From contig OZ025799.1 of assembly GCA_964019425.1 (NCBI GenBank), forward strand, positions 1-64,000: a DNA stretch of 64,000 nt. The letters run 5' to 3'. Source of the stretch: Flectonema sp. DT1601 (taxonomy: Eukaryota). Numbering within the stretch: position 1 is the first letter of the stretch; each line of letters begins with the position of its first letter. The notes below the pieces were generated by a model. That model did no database searches. It worked only from the letters and a program-made list of their open reading frames with translations, and was not told the DNA's origin. Positions 45,095 through 56,077 of the stretch are shown here, piece by piece. A program made the translations under genes and the position numbers.

Positions 45095-46315
45095 CTACTG
45101 TTGGGCAGCAGCGATGATTTTCTTAATTTCAGTCATCCAATCAACGTTCTCAATATTTCTACCAATCGCAACAATACGAGTACCTCCGGGGAACGGCTGC
45201 TGTAATTTTGTTTTGTCGTACAGTTCGCCGACTCCCTGAATAGCAATCGGGTTGGGGCTGCCTGCTATTTTAAAAACCGCCTTGAGGCGGAGGATTGTTA
45301 TGGGAGATGAAACAGTGTCCCAGAGCATGAATTTCATTATTTGATCAATTGTTGACTCACTGGGAAGTGTTAAGTCCTCATTTGATGACGACAATGTGAT
45401 AGAACCAACAGAAGGAGTGTGTTGATGATTATCTGTTTTCTTATTGTGAGAATTGTGATCACAAGAATCTCCGCACTTATGAGAAGGACCTTCTATCGCA
45501 GTTGAATGGTTCTCATCCGGGTTGAGTTTTCTATCTCCGACTTCTAATAATTTCGATACATTTTCAATCTTCGAAAATGACGTCCTCACCAACAGGGTGT
45601 CCGGGTTTATCTTCTGCAACAGTTTCGTTACCTTGTCGAGGTGTTCCTCGTTGACCAAATCCGTTTTATTTAAAATTAGCGTTCCAGCCAATGCTACTTG
45701 TTGCGTAGCTTCCATGAACCCTCCTTCACCATCCTGCGAAATGTAAGAAATAATCTTCTGAGCGTCGACTACCGTGATAACACCATTTAATATTAAAGGA
45801 GACTCGAGTTCTGGATCCTGCCAGAACATTGAGATGAGTGGAGCAGGATCTGCTAATCCGCTGGTTTCGATGACGATGTGGTCAAAGCGACCCTTTCGCT
45901 TTACGAGGTTTTCAAGTGCTTCTACCGCCTGGTCTTTAAACTGACAACACATACATCCGTTACTCATTTCAATCCAGTCGTCATCTTCATTTCCCTGGTC
46001 GCTTACTCTCATCGCTCGCTCGATGTCATTGCTGTCTCCGAACTCGTTCACCATCACCGCAATTTTCGCTTCTGTTTGAACCGTCAAAATGTGCTGAACC
46101 AGCGTACTTTTCCCACTCCCCAAGAAACCAGTAACAATACTGACTGGTACCTTCCAATCGATACCCGGCCTTCCACCTCCGTTTGCTATCATATCCGCGC
46201 AGGCCTGTTCAATCTCAAACTTCGTCATACCAGATTTCGCACCAGCTGATCCCGTGATGGCCATCTGAGTTGATGTTTCTATCAACTCCGGTGCGTCTTC
46301 GGAATCAGAACTCAT
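45095..46315 (-). CDS. CobW/COG0523 (ZNG1/CBWD-like) G3E GTPase zinc metallochaperone
   Basis: TGFLGSGKST, NEFG, NGCMCC, IETSGLADP, VVDA, LNKTD, His-rich linker and IQGV. Confidence 0.93.
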   Translation of the reverse strand: MSSDSEDAPELIETSTQMAITGSAGAKSGMTKFEIEQACADMIANGGGRPGIDWKVPVSIVTGFLGSGKSTLVQHILTVQTEAKIAVMVNEFGDSNDIERAMRVSDQGNEDDDWIEMSNGCMCCQFKDQAVEALENLVKRKGRFDHIVIETSGLADPAPLISMFWQDPELESPLILNGVITVVDAQKIISYISQDGEGGFMEATQQVALAGTLILNKTDLVNEEHLDKVTKLLQKINPDTLLVRTSFSKIENVSKLLEVGDRKLNPDENHSTAIEGPSHKCGDSCDHNSHNKKTDNHQHTPSVGSITLSSSNEDLTLPSESTIDQIMKFMLWDTVSSPITILRLKAVFKIAGSPNPIAIQGVGELYDKTKLQQPFPGGTRIVAIGRNIENVDWMTEIKKIIAAAQQ

Positions 46316-46657
46316 TTTAATTGAGACCTGATTGATAATTAATAAACTACTTCAGTGTAATCAACTACTGTAATCATATTATAAGTTGGCTACTTGTTAC
46401 GACATTTGTTGGGGTATTTGCTGAACAGAAACTTATTATAAAATAGATCCAACTTCACTAAACTAAATAACTTATGAAACTCTAGTGGTGGTATCTATTA
46501 GCTTTAGTAAGATATGATTTGATGAGGTACTCAAGTAGCTCAAAGTAGATCAGATCGTCACACAGCAATCTATAAGCCAGAGATATATCCAGCTGTTTGT
46601 CTGTTTTCGGGGATTGGGATATGGATTTCTACCTTTTACATTTATAACTGACGTATG

Positions 46658-49600
46658 CTACGGACTCCGTTGACAAACCAAATTCCCTCGCTTTGTCTTC
46701 CAGACGGCTCCTGGAGGAGTCGTCTTTGCAGCCGAATTCAGAGCTCCCGCCACTACCCTTTCGGACCATCGTTTCTTCCAGCGTGAGAAAGCACGACAGA
46801 GAAACAGCTTTCGAACACGACGCTCAGAATGATAAGCCTCATCCAGAGTTCCAGAGACACCAGCAGATGTTAGCGCGTCGACAACGGCGAAGAGCGAGGC
46901 ATCTCCAAGATTGCGGCGTTTACGAGTTGTGCGGCGTTTCTTAGAAGAATTCGATAATTGTGTGGAATCAGAGATGGATATAGCGCTCCGTGAGTGGGAA
47001 TTCGAAGAAACAGATTTAGACAGCTGCTGATGTTGTTGTTCAAATTGTTTTTTAAAAGTCTCTTGCAGCCCCCTAAGGGTAGTCAGTTCCGGGTCATCAG
47101 CATTCTTAGCAGCGATACCTGCTCTCGCACATGCAGATTCCGCCTCAATGTGAATAGCAGCGTGATCGTCATCTAGCGACTTCCTCATCGACAAATAGGA
47201 TTCCTGAACTCTTACTTCAACATCAGGTTCATATGTTCCTCCTTCAAATCGAACTTTTAGTACCATCGAGAGAGCTGCTTCCTCGTGATAAAGAATCTGA
47301 TTTAATTCTGACGGGTAGCTAACTGCACCAATTCCTTCCGAAAGTAGTCCCCTCCGAGTGGCTTCAATAAAACATTTTGCCGCGTTGTCGATGTTCGGAT
47401 TAGGACCTTCCAACTGTCTCCAAAATGAATAATAAAGTCCGCGTGGCGGTTGTCGTCCGCGAGACACGCGTTCCGGTGTTGAGATGACTGTCGAATGCGA
47501 TTGGCGTGTTAACTGAGAGTCGTTCATTAGTCGCAAATAAGTAACTCCCCCACTTCCATCATCTCGCACTACACTAGGACGCCTAGAACACCGTTGACGT
47601 TGACCCTCACTTGAAGGAGTACTACTCAGTCCTCTGACTTCCTCTGAAGGAGTTCTTTTACTTCTACTTTTACTCTCTTGTGAAGTTGTCATCTGATCTG
47701 ATACAGTAGCTGATCTCTGTGATTGTCTGATATCAGGTGACTGGAGGTCAGTCAATTCGTTAAACGAAAGTGGTGTCGGGAGCTCTTCCCTGGGAAGTCG
47801 AATTCCACGTCGCTGCTCAGATTCAGGTGGTGAGCTGGTTTGTGTTGATATGCGAAGGGACTTATTTGTGTCTTCGGAACTTTCTTCTTCGTTCTGTTCA
47901 ATAATCTCCTTCTTAATATACTCAGACTTCACTTCAGGTGGGTACTCTGGCTGTGTCTCCCTTTTAGGTTTTTCTTTTGATTTTTTTCTCGTTTTTGAGG
48001 GAATGCTGCTCTGGGACTTTGGAGTTTCAGCTTCTGAATCACGTATATCTGACTTCTTCCGTGAAGAGCTCGCAACTGCTGCACTTTTCTTTTTCTTCTT
48101 CTCTCCAGATGGTTTTTTAGAAATATCTTTTGACGACACACTTTTGATCTTCAGTTCGGTTTCTATTTTCTTAGAAAGGACTTCCTTGTGCGTCATCTCT
48201 GAGTGTTCAGATAAAATATTTGATTGACTACCTGATTGGAGAGGAAGTACAAACATTTCTGTCGATTCGGTCAGTCCGACGTTCAAATCTTCTTTTTGAC
48301 GTACCACTCGAATAACGTTCGAAGACTCGACGAGTTCACTTTTCTGTTTTGGGTCCGCGTGACGGGAAATAATGCGAGTGCTCGAAGATTCGAAGAGTTT
48401 TGCTTTTGGAGCTATTTGAATTATTCTGTTTGTTGACGAAGTTAAATCCTCACGTTGAGGAGTAACACGAGTAGTAGTTAATGATTCAGAGAGTTGAACG
48501 CGACGTGGTGAAGTTATCTTTGCTCCCTCACTTTCAGGAATACGACGACTTTGTGTGGTGTTCGATGTTTCAATCAATTCGACAGCTAACCCAACTCTTA
48601 TTGTCGTGGAACACGGAATTGCGCTGCTGGAAGTACTTTCCTTCAGAACAATGCTTTCTAGTTTTTGCGGAGGTGTTTCTCTTGTCTCAGTACTGACGGA
48701 TGACATCGATGGCGTACATCTGACAATTTCTGGAGGCCTCAGTGGAGTCGAATACTCAGCGCCCGGAATTAACGATCTTCGCAATGTCAAATCTGGGGAC
48801 TCTCCAGAAAACGATGGCGATTTCAACGCCGTTTTCGTAAGCTGCTGCTGCTCTGAAGAGTCCCGTGAGGGTCTTGGAGGAGATACCCAACCCTTTCCTC
48901 TGACGTGAACACTTCGTGAGGGGGCAGATGGCGAGCTTCGACATCTCGCAGTTTGCTTTGAGACTTCCCGTTGTTGTCGTTGTTGTGGGCTTCGGGCTGT
49001 GGCCGATGGCTTAACGGAACTGGTGCCACGAAGACCACGAGATCGCGATGCAGAATCTTCGCGACTGGAAGACCGACCTTTTGCATTACTTGACGCTGTG
49101 CCCCTCATAACCGACGCCAGTGCTGGTGAGGGTGATTTTACCTGTTGATGTGTATCTTTTACAGGTACTACGTCTGGTGACGGCGAACGACAGATATGCT
49201 CACCGCTGGTCTTTGGAGAAGACTTCCCATCATACTGTCTAATTGGTGAAAGTGAACGTGTTCTGCCCAGCGGTGCTGATCGACCAAAGGTTTCTGCAAC
49301 TTGTACGGGTGACGACTTTCTTGGAGACGCTGAGGACAGGCTTTCCAAATCTGTGTTCTTTACGTCACTGACACCAGTAACCGCGGCTGTTGCTTCCTGC
49401 GGAGTTGAAGGAAATGAGGCCGAGACATCATCGAAAGTATTTCCCATTTGACGACCTGATTGAGTTCTTGAAGGAGAACTAGGATGAGGAGATTTCTCTT
49501 CAGCTGTTTCTTCTCGAGTAGGAATCCTGGATTTGGGGCGGCTGCTAGTTAGTGTACTCGACGCTGTTAGTTCCGATAACTTGGTCGCCTCTCTTGCTTC

Positions 49601-51268
49601 CTTCGCGGGGGCCTCCGTAAAGAGATCGAACGAATTCTTTGGGTTGCTGTCATCTGTTATGATATCACTCACAGATGTCATATCACCACTCGTTCCAAGA
49701 GAAGAAGCCATGTGAAGAATCTCTGCTGCGGTTGGAAGTGGAAGGTCATCATCTGAAGGGGAGGTTGTTGTTGCGATATTTTTGGTTCGGACCGCAGGTT
49801 GCTTTGGCGTCTGCAATTCAGGTTTCTCGCCAACAGAAATATCGAGCCATTCTCCCTGAGTAATAAATGATGGAGAAGGTGGAGCATCATCACGTGTACC
49901 GCATTGTTGTTGAGATCTGGGTTTCCTTTTCATTTGTAGAGTTCTTGTGGGTGTTTCCCTTTTCTCTCCTTCACTCGGGTTGAGCTTATCTTCTTCAGCA
50001 GGAGATTTATATTTAGCTTCGTCTTCTTCTTCGAATCTCTGAAGTCTTTCTTTGAAGGATCGCATCGAATCATCTTTCCTGCTGCTCCAGTCGGATTCAA
50101 ATTGTTTGAGTTCGACAGCTCTCTCATTGTTAGGATGGCTTTGAGTGATACCACTAGTGAGGTTGTGAAAATGACTATCTGACTCAAAGACTGAACGAGA
50201 CTTCCTTCTTACAGGCGCCTGTTGCTGGTAGCTGCCAGAATCGAGAATACCGTCTTCCGATTCATTTTCTGGTGGTGTTTGCATCACAGTCTGCCGCATC
50301 TCTGATCCATGTTTCGGTCCGTGAGCAACTGTTGCGTACTCTGATGGTATTAAATTTAACAAACTCTTTGTGATGTCAGTCTTTTGTTTTCTTTCAACGT
50401 CCTGTAGTAAACATGATGAACGATATTCAGCTGCAGCAATCAATCCCTGCTTTGCGTTAGACAGCAACTTCAACAACGACGTGTTGATTGTTGGGCAACC
50501 TGTACAGGAAATACTAAAAGACTCTTCTCGTGAGAATCGAGGAGAGATAAAGTTTCCAACTTTAAATTCCAATAAATTGACGTCAGACTTATTAAACAAA
50601 CCAGCTGATGCTAATTTAATTATTTCTGAAGAAGAGCATCGCGCCAAATGAATTTCATCAGAATTGTTGTCGGAGGGCTGCGGGAAGACTTCAAAGATCG
50701 CCTTCAAAATATTTGTTGAGTTCGGAACTACTTTTTCTAAATTTAAATCGTTCAAAACCGGAAATGGAAAACTCCACTTCTGTGGAGGTACGCGTGTCGC
50801 ACCTTCTGCTTTCATTCCTTTAATTAAGTTGTTAATCCAAAGTAGTTGTGTCGTGAAGTAACTTCCTAACAACACATCATTGCGGACGCTGTCAAGGTCT
50901 TGTTGCGTAACATCACAGCTGTCAATTCTTCGTATTGTTGGCGCCGATAATATTAATGTACGTCGATAACGAGGATCTTCAGTGACTGGACACCCTTTGA
51001 GAGTTATGTTTGTTAATTGTGTTAAGTATTTTAAGTTTGTGAATTCTGATATGTTTTCAATCTTATTATTTTCTAATCGAAGTACCCTCAGACCAGAGTA
51101 TCCAGAAATACCTTCTAAAGATCTAATCGAATTGTCGCAAAGCAACAGAATTCTAATTTGCTCATCACGTCCATCAACAACATCAATTCCCCTTCCCCGC
51201 AACATAACTCTCGACTGCGTTGCGCATGATGGACCGGCGACTGCAGCTGCAGCCAGCAGCGACGGCAT
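46658..51268 (-). CDS. Protein with N-terminal leucine-rich repeats (SDS22-like LRR plus LRR cap) and a long Ser-rich disordered region
   Basis: LLLCDNSIRSLEGI, LRLENNKIE, and the LRR cap ITLKGCPV...YRRTLI...IRRID. Confidence 0.82.
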   Translation of the reverse strand: MPSLLAAAAVAGPSCATQSRVMLRGRGIDVVDGRDEQIRILLLCDNSIRSLEGISGYSGLRVLRLENNKIENISEFTNLKYLTQLTNITLKGCPVTEDPRYRRTLILSAPTIRRIDSCDVTQQDLDSVRNDVLLGSYFTTQLLWINNLIKGMKAEGATRVPPQKWSFPFPVLNDLNLEKVVPNSTNILKAIFEVFPQPSDNNSDEIHLARCSSSEIIKLASAGLFNKSDVNLLEFKVGNFISPRFSREESFSISCTGCPTINTSLLKLLSNAKQGLIAAAEYRSSCLLQDVERKQKTDITKSLLNLIPSEYATVAHGPKHGSEMRQTVMQTPPENESEDGILDSGSYQQQAPVRRKSRSVFESDSHFHNLTSGITQSHPNNERAVELKQFESDWSSRKDDSMRSFKERLQRFEEEDEAKYKSPAEEDKLNPSEGEKRETPTRTLQMKRKPRSQQQCGTRDDAPPSPSFITQGEWLDISVGEKPELQTPKQPAVRTKNIATTTSPSDDDLPLPTAAEILHMASSLGTSGDMTSVSDIITDDSNPKNSFDLFTEAPAKEAREATKLSELTASSTLTSSRPKSRIPTREETAEEKSPHPSSPSRTQSGRQMGNTFDDVSASFPSTPQEATAAVTGVSDVKNTDLESLSSASPRKSSPVQVAETFGRSAPLGRTRSLSPIRQYDGKSSPKTSGEHICRSPSPDVVPVKDTHQQVKSPSPALASVMRGTASSNAKGRSSSREDSASRSRGLRGTSSVKPSATARSPQQRQQREVSKQTARCRSSPSAPSRSVHVRGKGWVSPPRPSRDSSEQQQLTKTALKSPSFSGESPDLTLRRSLIPGAEYSTPLRPPEIVRCTPSMSSVSTETRETPPQKLESIVLKESTSSSAIPCSTTIRVGLAVELIETSNTTQSRRIPESEGAKITSPRRVQLSESLTTTRVTPQREDLTSSTNRIIQIAPKAKLFESSSTRIISRHADPKQKSELVESSNVIRVVRQKEDLNVGLTESTEMFVLPLQSGSQSNILSEHSEMTHKEVLSKKIETELKIKSVSSKDISKKPSGEKKKKKSAAVASSSRKKSDIRDSEAETPKSQSSIPSKTRKKSKEKPKRETQPEYPPEVKSEYIKKEIIEQNEEESSEDTNKSLRISTQTSSPPESEQRRGIRLPREELPTPLSFNELTDLQSPDIRQSQRSATVSDQMTTSQESKSRSKRTPSEEVRGLSSTPSSEGQRQRCSRRPSVVRDDGSGGVTYLRLMNDSQLTRQSHSTVISTPERVSRGRQPPRGLYYSFWRQLEGPNPNIDNAAKCFIEATRRGLLSEGIGAVSYPSELNQILYHEEAALSMVLKVRFEGGTYEPDVEVRVQESYLSMRKSLDDDHAAIHIEAESACARAGIAAKNADDPELTTLRGLQETFKKQFEQQHQQLSKSVSSNSHSRSAISISDSTQLSNSSKKRRTTRKRRNLGDASLFAVVDALTSAGVSGTLDEAYHSERRVRKLFLCRAFSRWKKRWSERVVAGALNSAAKTTPPGAVWKTKRGNLVCQRSP

Positions 51269-51443
51269 TTTTTGCAGCCACCTGACAATTGAAAGGAAAA
51301 AATTGATTCATGTCTTGTGTACTATTTTGTTACCGGATTGTATTCTAAAATAAATAAAAACGATATCGAAATCTCTGAATGAATACAATTACGACGGACT
51401 CGTTTACAGTACAGATGTGTTATCGACTTCAAGTTGGTTGTTT

Positions 51444-52067
51444 TCATCTTCGATTCTTCCTCGGAGTCAGAGTACCAGTGCGAGAGGTGTCAAGTTGTAA
51501 AGAAGTTATTTGATCACTTTGATTGCTGAGAGTTGCTTCAAGTTCCCCCACTGCTGCTGTTTTTCTATGAAGCCGCTCTCTCACTTGAGACATTTCTTGT
51601 TTGAGTCGAGTGAGTTCAAGTGATTGCGATTTGTTCTTTTCACTCAAAGTTTCGATAAGTTCTGCAGCCTCTTCGAGTTTACGAGTTTTATCATTTGAGC
51701 TTCGCTTTGAAATATTAGCAGACTGGACTTCCTGTTCAACTCTGGTTAGTAAATTTAAAACTTCTTCTTCAGCAGCCTCTACACGACTGAGTCTTTTTTC
51801 AGAAAGAGATTTCTCTTTTGACAAATCCGATTCCAACTCAACAATTCGAATATTTAATTCATCGATTTCCCTACGCTCTCGAGAGTCAACCTCCTCCTTG
51901 TACTCTTCGAATTTGATACCCCATTTAACTGCTGCCTCCTCAAGAACCTCAGCGCGAGTGTTGTTCACTCTCGATTTCTCTAATTCTATCTGCCCAAGAG
52001 CGTTCAACAACTCGTGACGAAGTGTCTCGATTACTACCTCTGAGTTCTCTTGAGAATGAACATTCAT
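51444..52067 (-). CDS. Coiled-coil hypothetical protein
   Basis: 207-aa E/K/L-rich heptad pattern, preceded by an AG acceptor. Confidence 0.7.
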   Translation of the reverse strand: MNVHSQENSEVVIETLRHELLNALGQIELEKSRVNNTRAEVLEEAAVKWGIKFEEYKEEVDSRERREIDELNIRIVELESDLSKEKSLSEKRLSRVEAAEEEVLNLLTRVEQEVQSANISKRSSNDKTRKLEEAAELIETLSEKNKSQSLELTRLKQEMSQVRERLHRKTAAVGELEATLSNQSDQITSLQLDTSRTGTLTPRKNRR

Positions 52068-52240
52068 AAAGACATTTCCTGTTGTGCTGATAAAATAAAT
52101 ATTTTTTTGTATTTAATACCCATCTTCGCGACTATCTCAAGTGAAGTTTTTATCGTCACGAGAGCATTGGTAGTTTACTTAAGTCCTGAGTGAAATAGAA
52201 TGACAACTAACAACCTCACTGCGAACACCATTACACTAAC

Positions 52241-52322
52241 GCATTCCTTCAGCGGTCAACGCGTAGCCGCATTGAGGTCAGGGTGGGTACCGGAAAAAGC
52301 TGGCTGAGCAATCATCAAATGC
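52241..52322 (-). ncRNA. Candidate box C/D RNA motif
   Basis: GCATT-TGATGA...CTGA...CTGA-AGG-AATGC: box C, D' and D plus a 5-bp terminal stem, in 82 nt. No rRNA target identified. Confidence 0.3.
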
Positions 52323-53425
52323 TTTGATTCAAATGAAAAGAACAAAAATAAAGTATTTTTAATTAGAAGTACGGAGCAATGACAACGAGAAGACTATTCA
52401 TGACATTGATGCAATGACTACCAGCAGTAGAATTCGTAGAATCATTATAACCAGCGAATCTCTTGACACTTCTGTGAAGTAAAAGGAGTTTCCTGCTGGT
52501 GTCGCATCAAAAGAAAACCTTCCTCCCAGTTGTTGTTTTTGTATTCTTTCGCTTTTCAGGTTTCCTCTCTTTTTATTTTTCAACTGGAGCAATAGTTGCA
52601 GAGCCTGTAATGACAGGCTTCTGTACGCGCCCACAGCATTGCCCGGAAGTCGACTTAGTTCTGTTTGCGAGCGAAATGTTTTTTTCACAGCTCCCTGCCA
52701 GAGCAGACTAAAGTAAGAGCTTCTTGAACACATTAACATTCCCTGCTGTCCGTGTTCCCACCCTGAGCCGAATACGACGGGTCGGAAGGGCTGGTAGCTA
52801 TTATTGTTATTATTATTATTTTTTTTTTTTGAATTGATTCCCCGAACATCCGACAAACACAATTTATCATTCCTTCGGACGTGAGGTGGTATGCGCGAGA
52901 CTTCTCTTCAATTATACCCACTGCATACGCAATGCGTGTGATGACTGCCGCTGCATAGCAACACAAAAACGATTAAGCTAACGAACCAAAAGTGAAACAA
53001 AAAGAGAAGGAAAAAAAAAAAGCAATCGCACCGCTACCCGAGATAATCGCATAATTCCGCCACAGTTTTAAATAGCACAGCAGCGCGGTAAAGGAACAAC
53101 AGATTTCATCACACGTTTGTGACCTTTAAATTATTAAGACAAAGTACAATCTAAATAATTAATTAGTTATCCGTTGTACTAATAAATCAAACAAACTAAT
53201 CAAATAACTCATCCGACTACTACTTCTGTCAAAGGAAGCAGCAGCAATAAACAGAAAGAAGCTTTTCAGAAGCTTCAAAAACAAAACAAAAGGTGAGAGA
53301 GTTTCTCAAATCTTTTGTATTGAAAATCGTATGGGCGACGTATTAAATATTTGTTGGAACTGTTGAATAGTACGACAGCTTACGATGTGAACTAATAATC
53401 GAACCAAAAGATATTTATTACTTTC

Positions 53426-54922
53426 TTAGTCAACATCCATGCTGTCGAGTGCTTCAGAGAGTTCTTCACCAAAACTATTTAGTTGATTATTGTCAGCATT
53501 CAAAATTCCATTTGGGAATAACTTATCAACTGTCTGTCTGATAACTGTTCCGTCAGATGTTTGAATCGCAGCGTCTAACAGCGATTGTAACTTCGCTGGT
53601 TCGATTCCGGGAGTTGTGACGTATTGCAGTAATTCCATCGTCTGTTATTATTTGTTTAGTGTTGATCTTTTTTTGACTGAAATAAAAGAAGGAAAAAAAA
53701 AGCAAACCTCTTGAACTTCACCACTGGACTCAATAGCGTTCTCACACCAGCTTTCACTGGTGTCAGTTGTGTCTCCTGTTACTATCTCATGAACAACAAC
53801 TCCTTCTCTGTTTTTGAATTCTGGATTGTATTCGGCGATCATCGTGTTACAGATCTTACGAGCATCATCAATTGAGGAAATGTGTTCTTCAAAACGAGCA
53901 TCGAATCTAGCCATTCGAACCTCCTCTGGATAATATAAATCGTAGGTATACTCACCAAGGTATGGATGATTACGAAGTGTGAAGGCCGTCGCACGTTTAT
54001 TTGGATTGAAGACAAGCATTTCTTTGAGCAAATCAACCGCTTTGGAATCCAAGTCATCAGGAAAGTACTTGTTGGTGTCGTTAGGTCTGCTGTACTCCAT
54101 GAAATCGACCGGTTCGTAGCGATTCTTACGAATGTACTCTTGCGCTTTAACTCCAGGGATTGCTGCGATGTCAGCTTCTTCAGGTGTTCCCAACACACCC
54201 AAGACCCACTGCAATTGTTGCAGATAGTGTCCTCCAGGGAAGATTGGCGTGTGGACTGCTGCTATCATTTCTGCGAAGATACATCCAACAGACCAAATGT
54301 CAATTGGTGTTCCATACTGAGCTCCACCCTTTGAGGTGTTTGCCCATCCCATTAACAATTCTGGTGCTCGGTACCAACGAGTAACGACGTATTCGGATTT
54401 TAGTGTGTGCTGGCTGTCTCTTGCGAGGCCAAAATCTCCAATTTTCAATTCACACTCAGTGTTTAAAAATATATTTTCCGGCTTTAGATCACGATGGACA
54501 ACACCTGCACTATGTATAGCATCAACACCAGCTAACAGCTGCATCATAAAGTACTGAACGTACTCAGGTCCTAGTTTCTGTTTAAGCATTTGTCGTAAGT
54601 CAGTATCAAGTAAGTCTGTTGCGATGTATAAATCTTGGTAGTCAATAGTCGGAGGTACCAGAACATCGAGTAACCCAATAGTGTTGTCATGTATGAAGTG
54701 TTTCAGAAGCCTCAATTCTCTTACTAATTTCCTAGCTGAGTCCAACGTATTAAATGGAGAACAAATCTTCTTAATCGCAACATCTTTCTGAAGAGTCTTA
54801 TCATGAGCCATGCACACTACTCCATAAGTTCCCGATCCAAGAGCGCTCTTCACATCGTACCGAAATGGTACCTCAAAATAGTTCCCCCCGGCGTTGTATC
54901 CTTCATATCCCTCAGGAGGCAT
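53426..54922 (-). CDS. Mitogen-activated protein kinase with an SEY activation loop; intron 53642-53707
   Basis: LGSGTYG, VAIKK, RELRLL, HRDLKPEN, DFGLAR and SEYVVTRWYRAPE. A 66-nt GT-AG intron joins the 53426..53638 ORF in frame. Confidence 0.93.
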
Positions 54923-55216
54923 AATTTAGTACTGAGGTTACGAATATAGAACCACTGATTGCTGTACTAAAAAAGTTAAATATTGTAAACAACTCTTCAT
55001 CAATAACTACTAAAGAGACGACCTGTTTGTTACATAACTCGTCTTGTTGTTGGTAACCTGCGAAGTGAATAAGTTGCAGTTAATTCAAACAAATCGGACA
55101 ACTCGGATTCTTATCAATTACGTTTGCACATTCTCAAAGAAGGATTTCGAAGTCAGTTGACACTTAAAAAACATGAAAAGTAAATACGGAGCTAATCAAC
55201 AAATCTTTTCATTGAA

Positions 55217-56077
55217 TTAGTTTGCTCTCAACACCTTCCGGGCATCTAGAAACTGACGTGTTGCTAACACGTCGTGAACACGAATATAGTCTGCTCCTTG
55301 TTCAGCTGCAAACAAGGCAGCTGCCATACTGAGTCCGATTCGAGATTTGGCACCAAAGTCGTATCGAGATAAAGTTGAGAGGAAACCCTTTCTGGAAGCA
55401 CCCACTAGGACTGGCATTTGATACCTCGCCCGGAGGTCAGGCAGTTTGCGAAGAACTTCGAGAGAAACCTCAGCCTTCGTAGAAATAAAAGCACCCATGC
55501 CAGGATCTAAAACTAATTGTTCTTTCTTAACTCCCTGACTCATTGCTAAGTTTACTTGAGTATCAAAGAATCCATAAATCTTATCGAGAACGTCATTTTG
55601 ATTATCAATAAGATCAGCTCTACCAGAAGCATTCTTGCAGTACATTAAAATATATTTTATCGAAGGGTTCTCAGCGATAAATCGAAACATATGTTTATCA
55701 TTTCTTCCTCCAGACACATCATTAACAATAGTGAATCCATGCTCCACAGCGAGCTTTGCTGTTGAAACATTAATTGTGTCAACAGAGAACTCACACGGAA
55801 TAGATAAATCAGTTGTGAGATTTTTAATTATTTTTAAGACCATCGACATTCTACGATGTTCCTCTTCCTCTGTTACGCTTTCACTTCCAGGGGAGGTGCT
55901 TTCTGCTCCAATATCAACAACTTCAGCACCCTGTTTGACTAACGAAGTCAACGACTCTTGTAATTCTATCTCAAGTTTTGCTCGTTGATACTCATTCGCA
56001 TCTGCTAACCAGCCATCACCACTGAATGAGTCAGGTGTTATATTGCAAACCCCAACAAGCTTTGAAGATAAATCCAT
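55217..56077 (-). CDS. folP: Stand-alone dihydropteroate synthase, bacterial-type, with Sul-like motif
   Basis: GVCNITPDSFS, DIGAEST, SVDT, VNDVSGG, LDPGMGAFIS, GASRKGF and IRVHDV. Confidence 0.93.
   Translation of the reverse strand: MDLSSKLVGVCNITPDSFSGDGWLADANEYQRAKLEIELQESLTSLVKQGAEVVDIGAESTSPGSESVTEEEEHRRMSMVLKIIKNLTTDLSIPCEFSVDTINVSTAKLAVEHGFTIVNDVSGGRNDKHMFRFIAENPSIKYILMYCKNASGRADLIDNQNDVLDKIYGFFDTQVNLAMSQGVKKEQLVLDPGMGAFISTKAEVSLEVLRKLPDLRARYQMPVLVGASRKGFLSTLSRYDFGAKSRIGLSMAAALFAAEQGADYIRVHDVLATRQFLDARKVLRAN

Noticed and set aside
52236..52320. Selenoprotein UxxC motif (YPP*PQCG)
   Set aside because: No upstream spliced ORF in this frame and no convincing SECIS downstream.
52748..52785. 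LSU rRNA-like words CCGACCCGTC and AACACGGAC
   Set aside because: Two short matches separated by unrelated sequence, with no further rRNA similarity or H/ACA hairpin.
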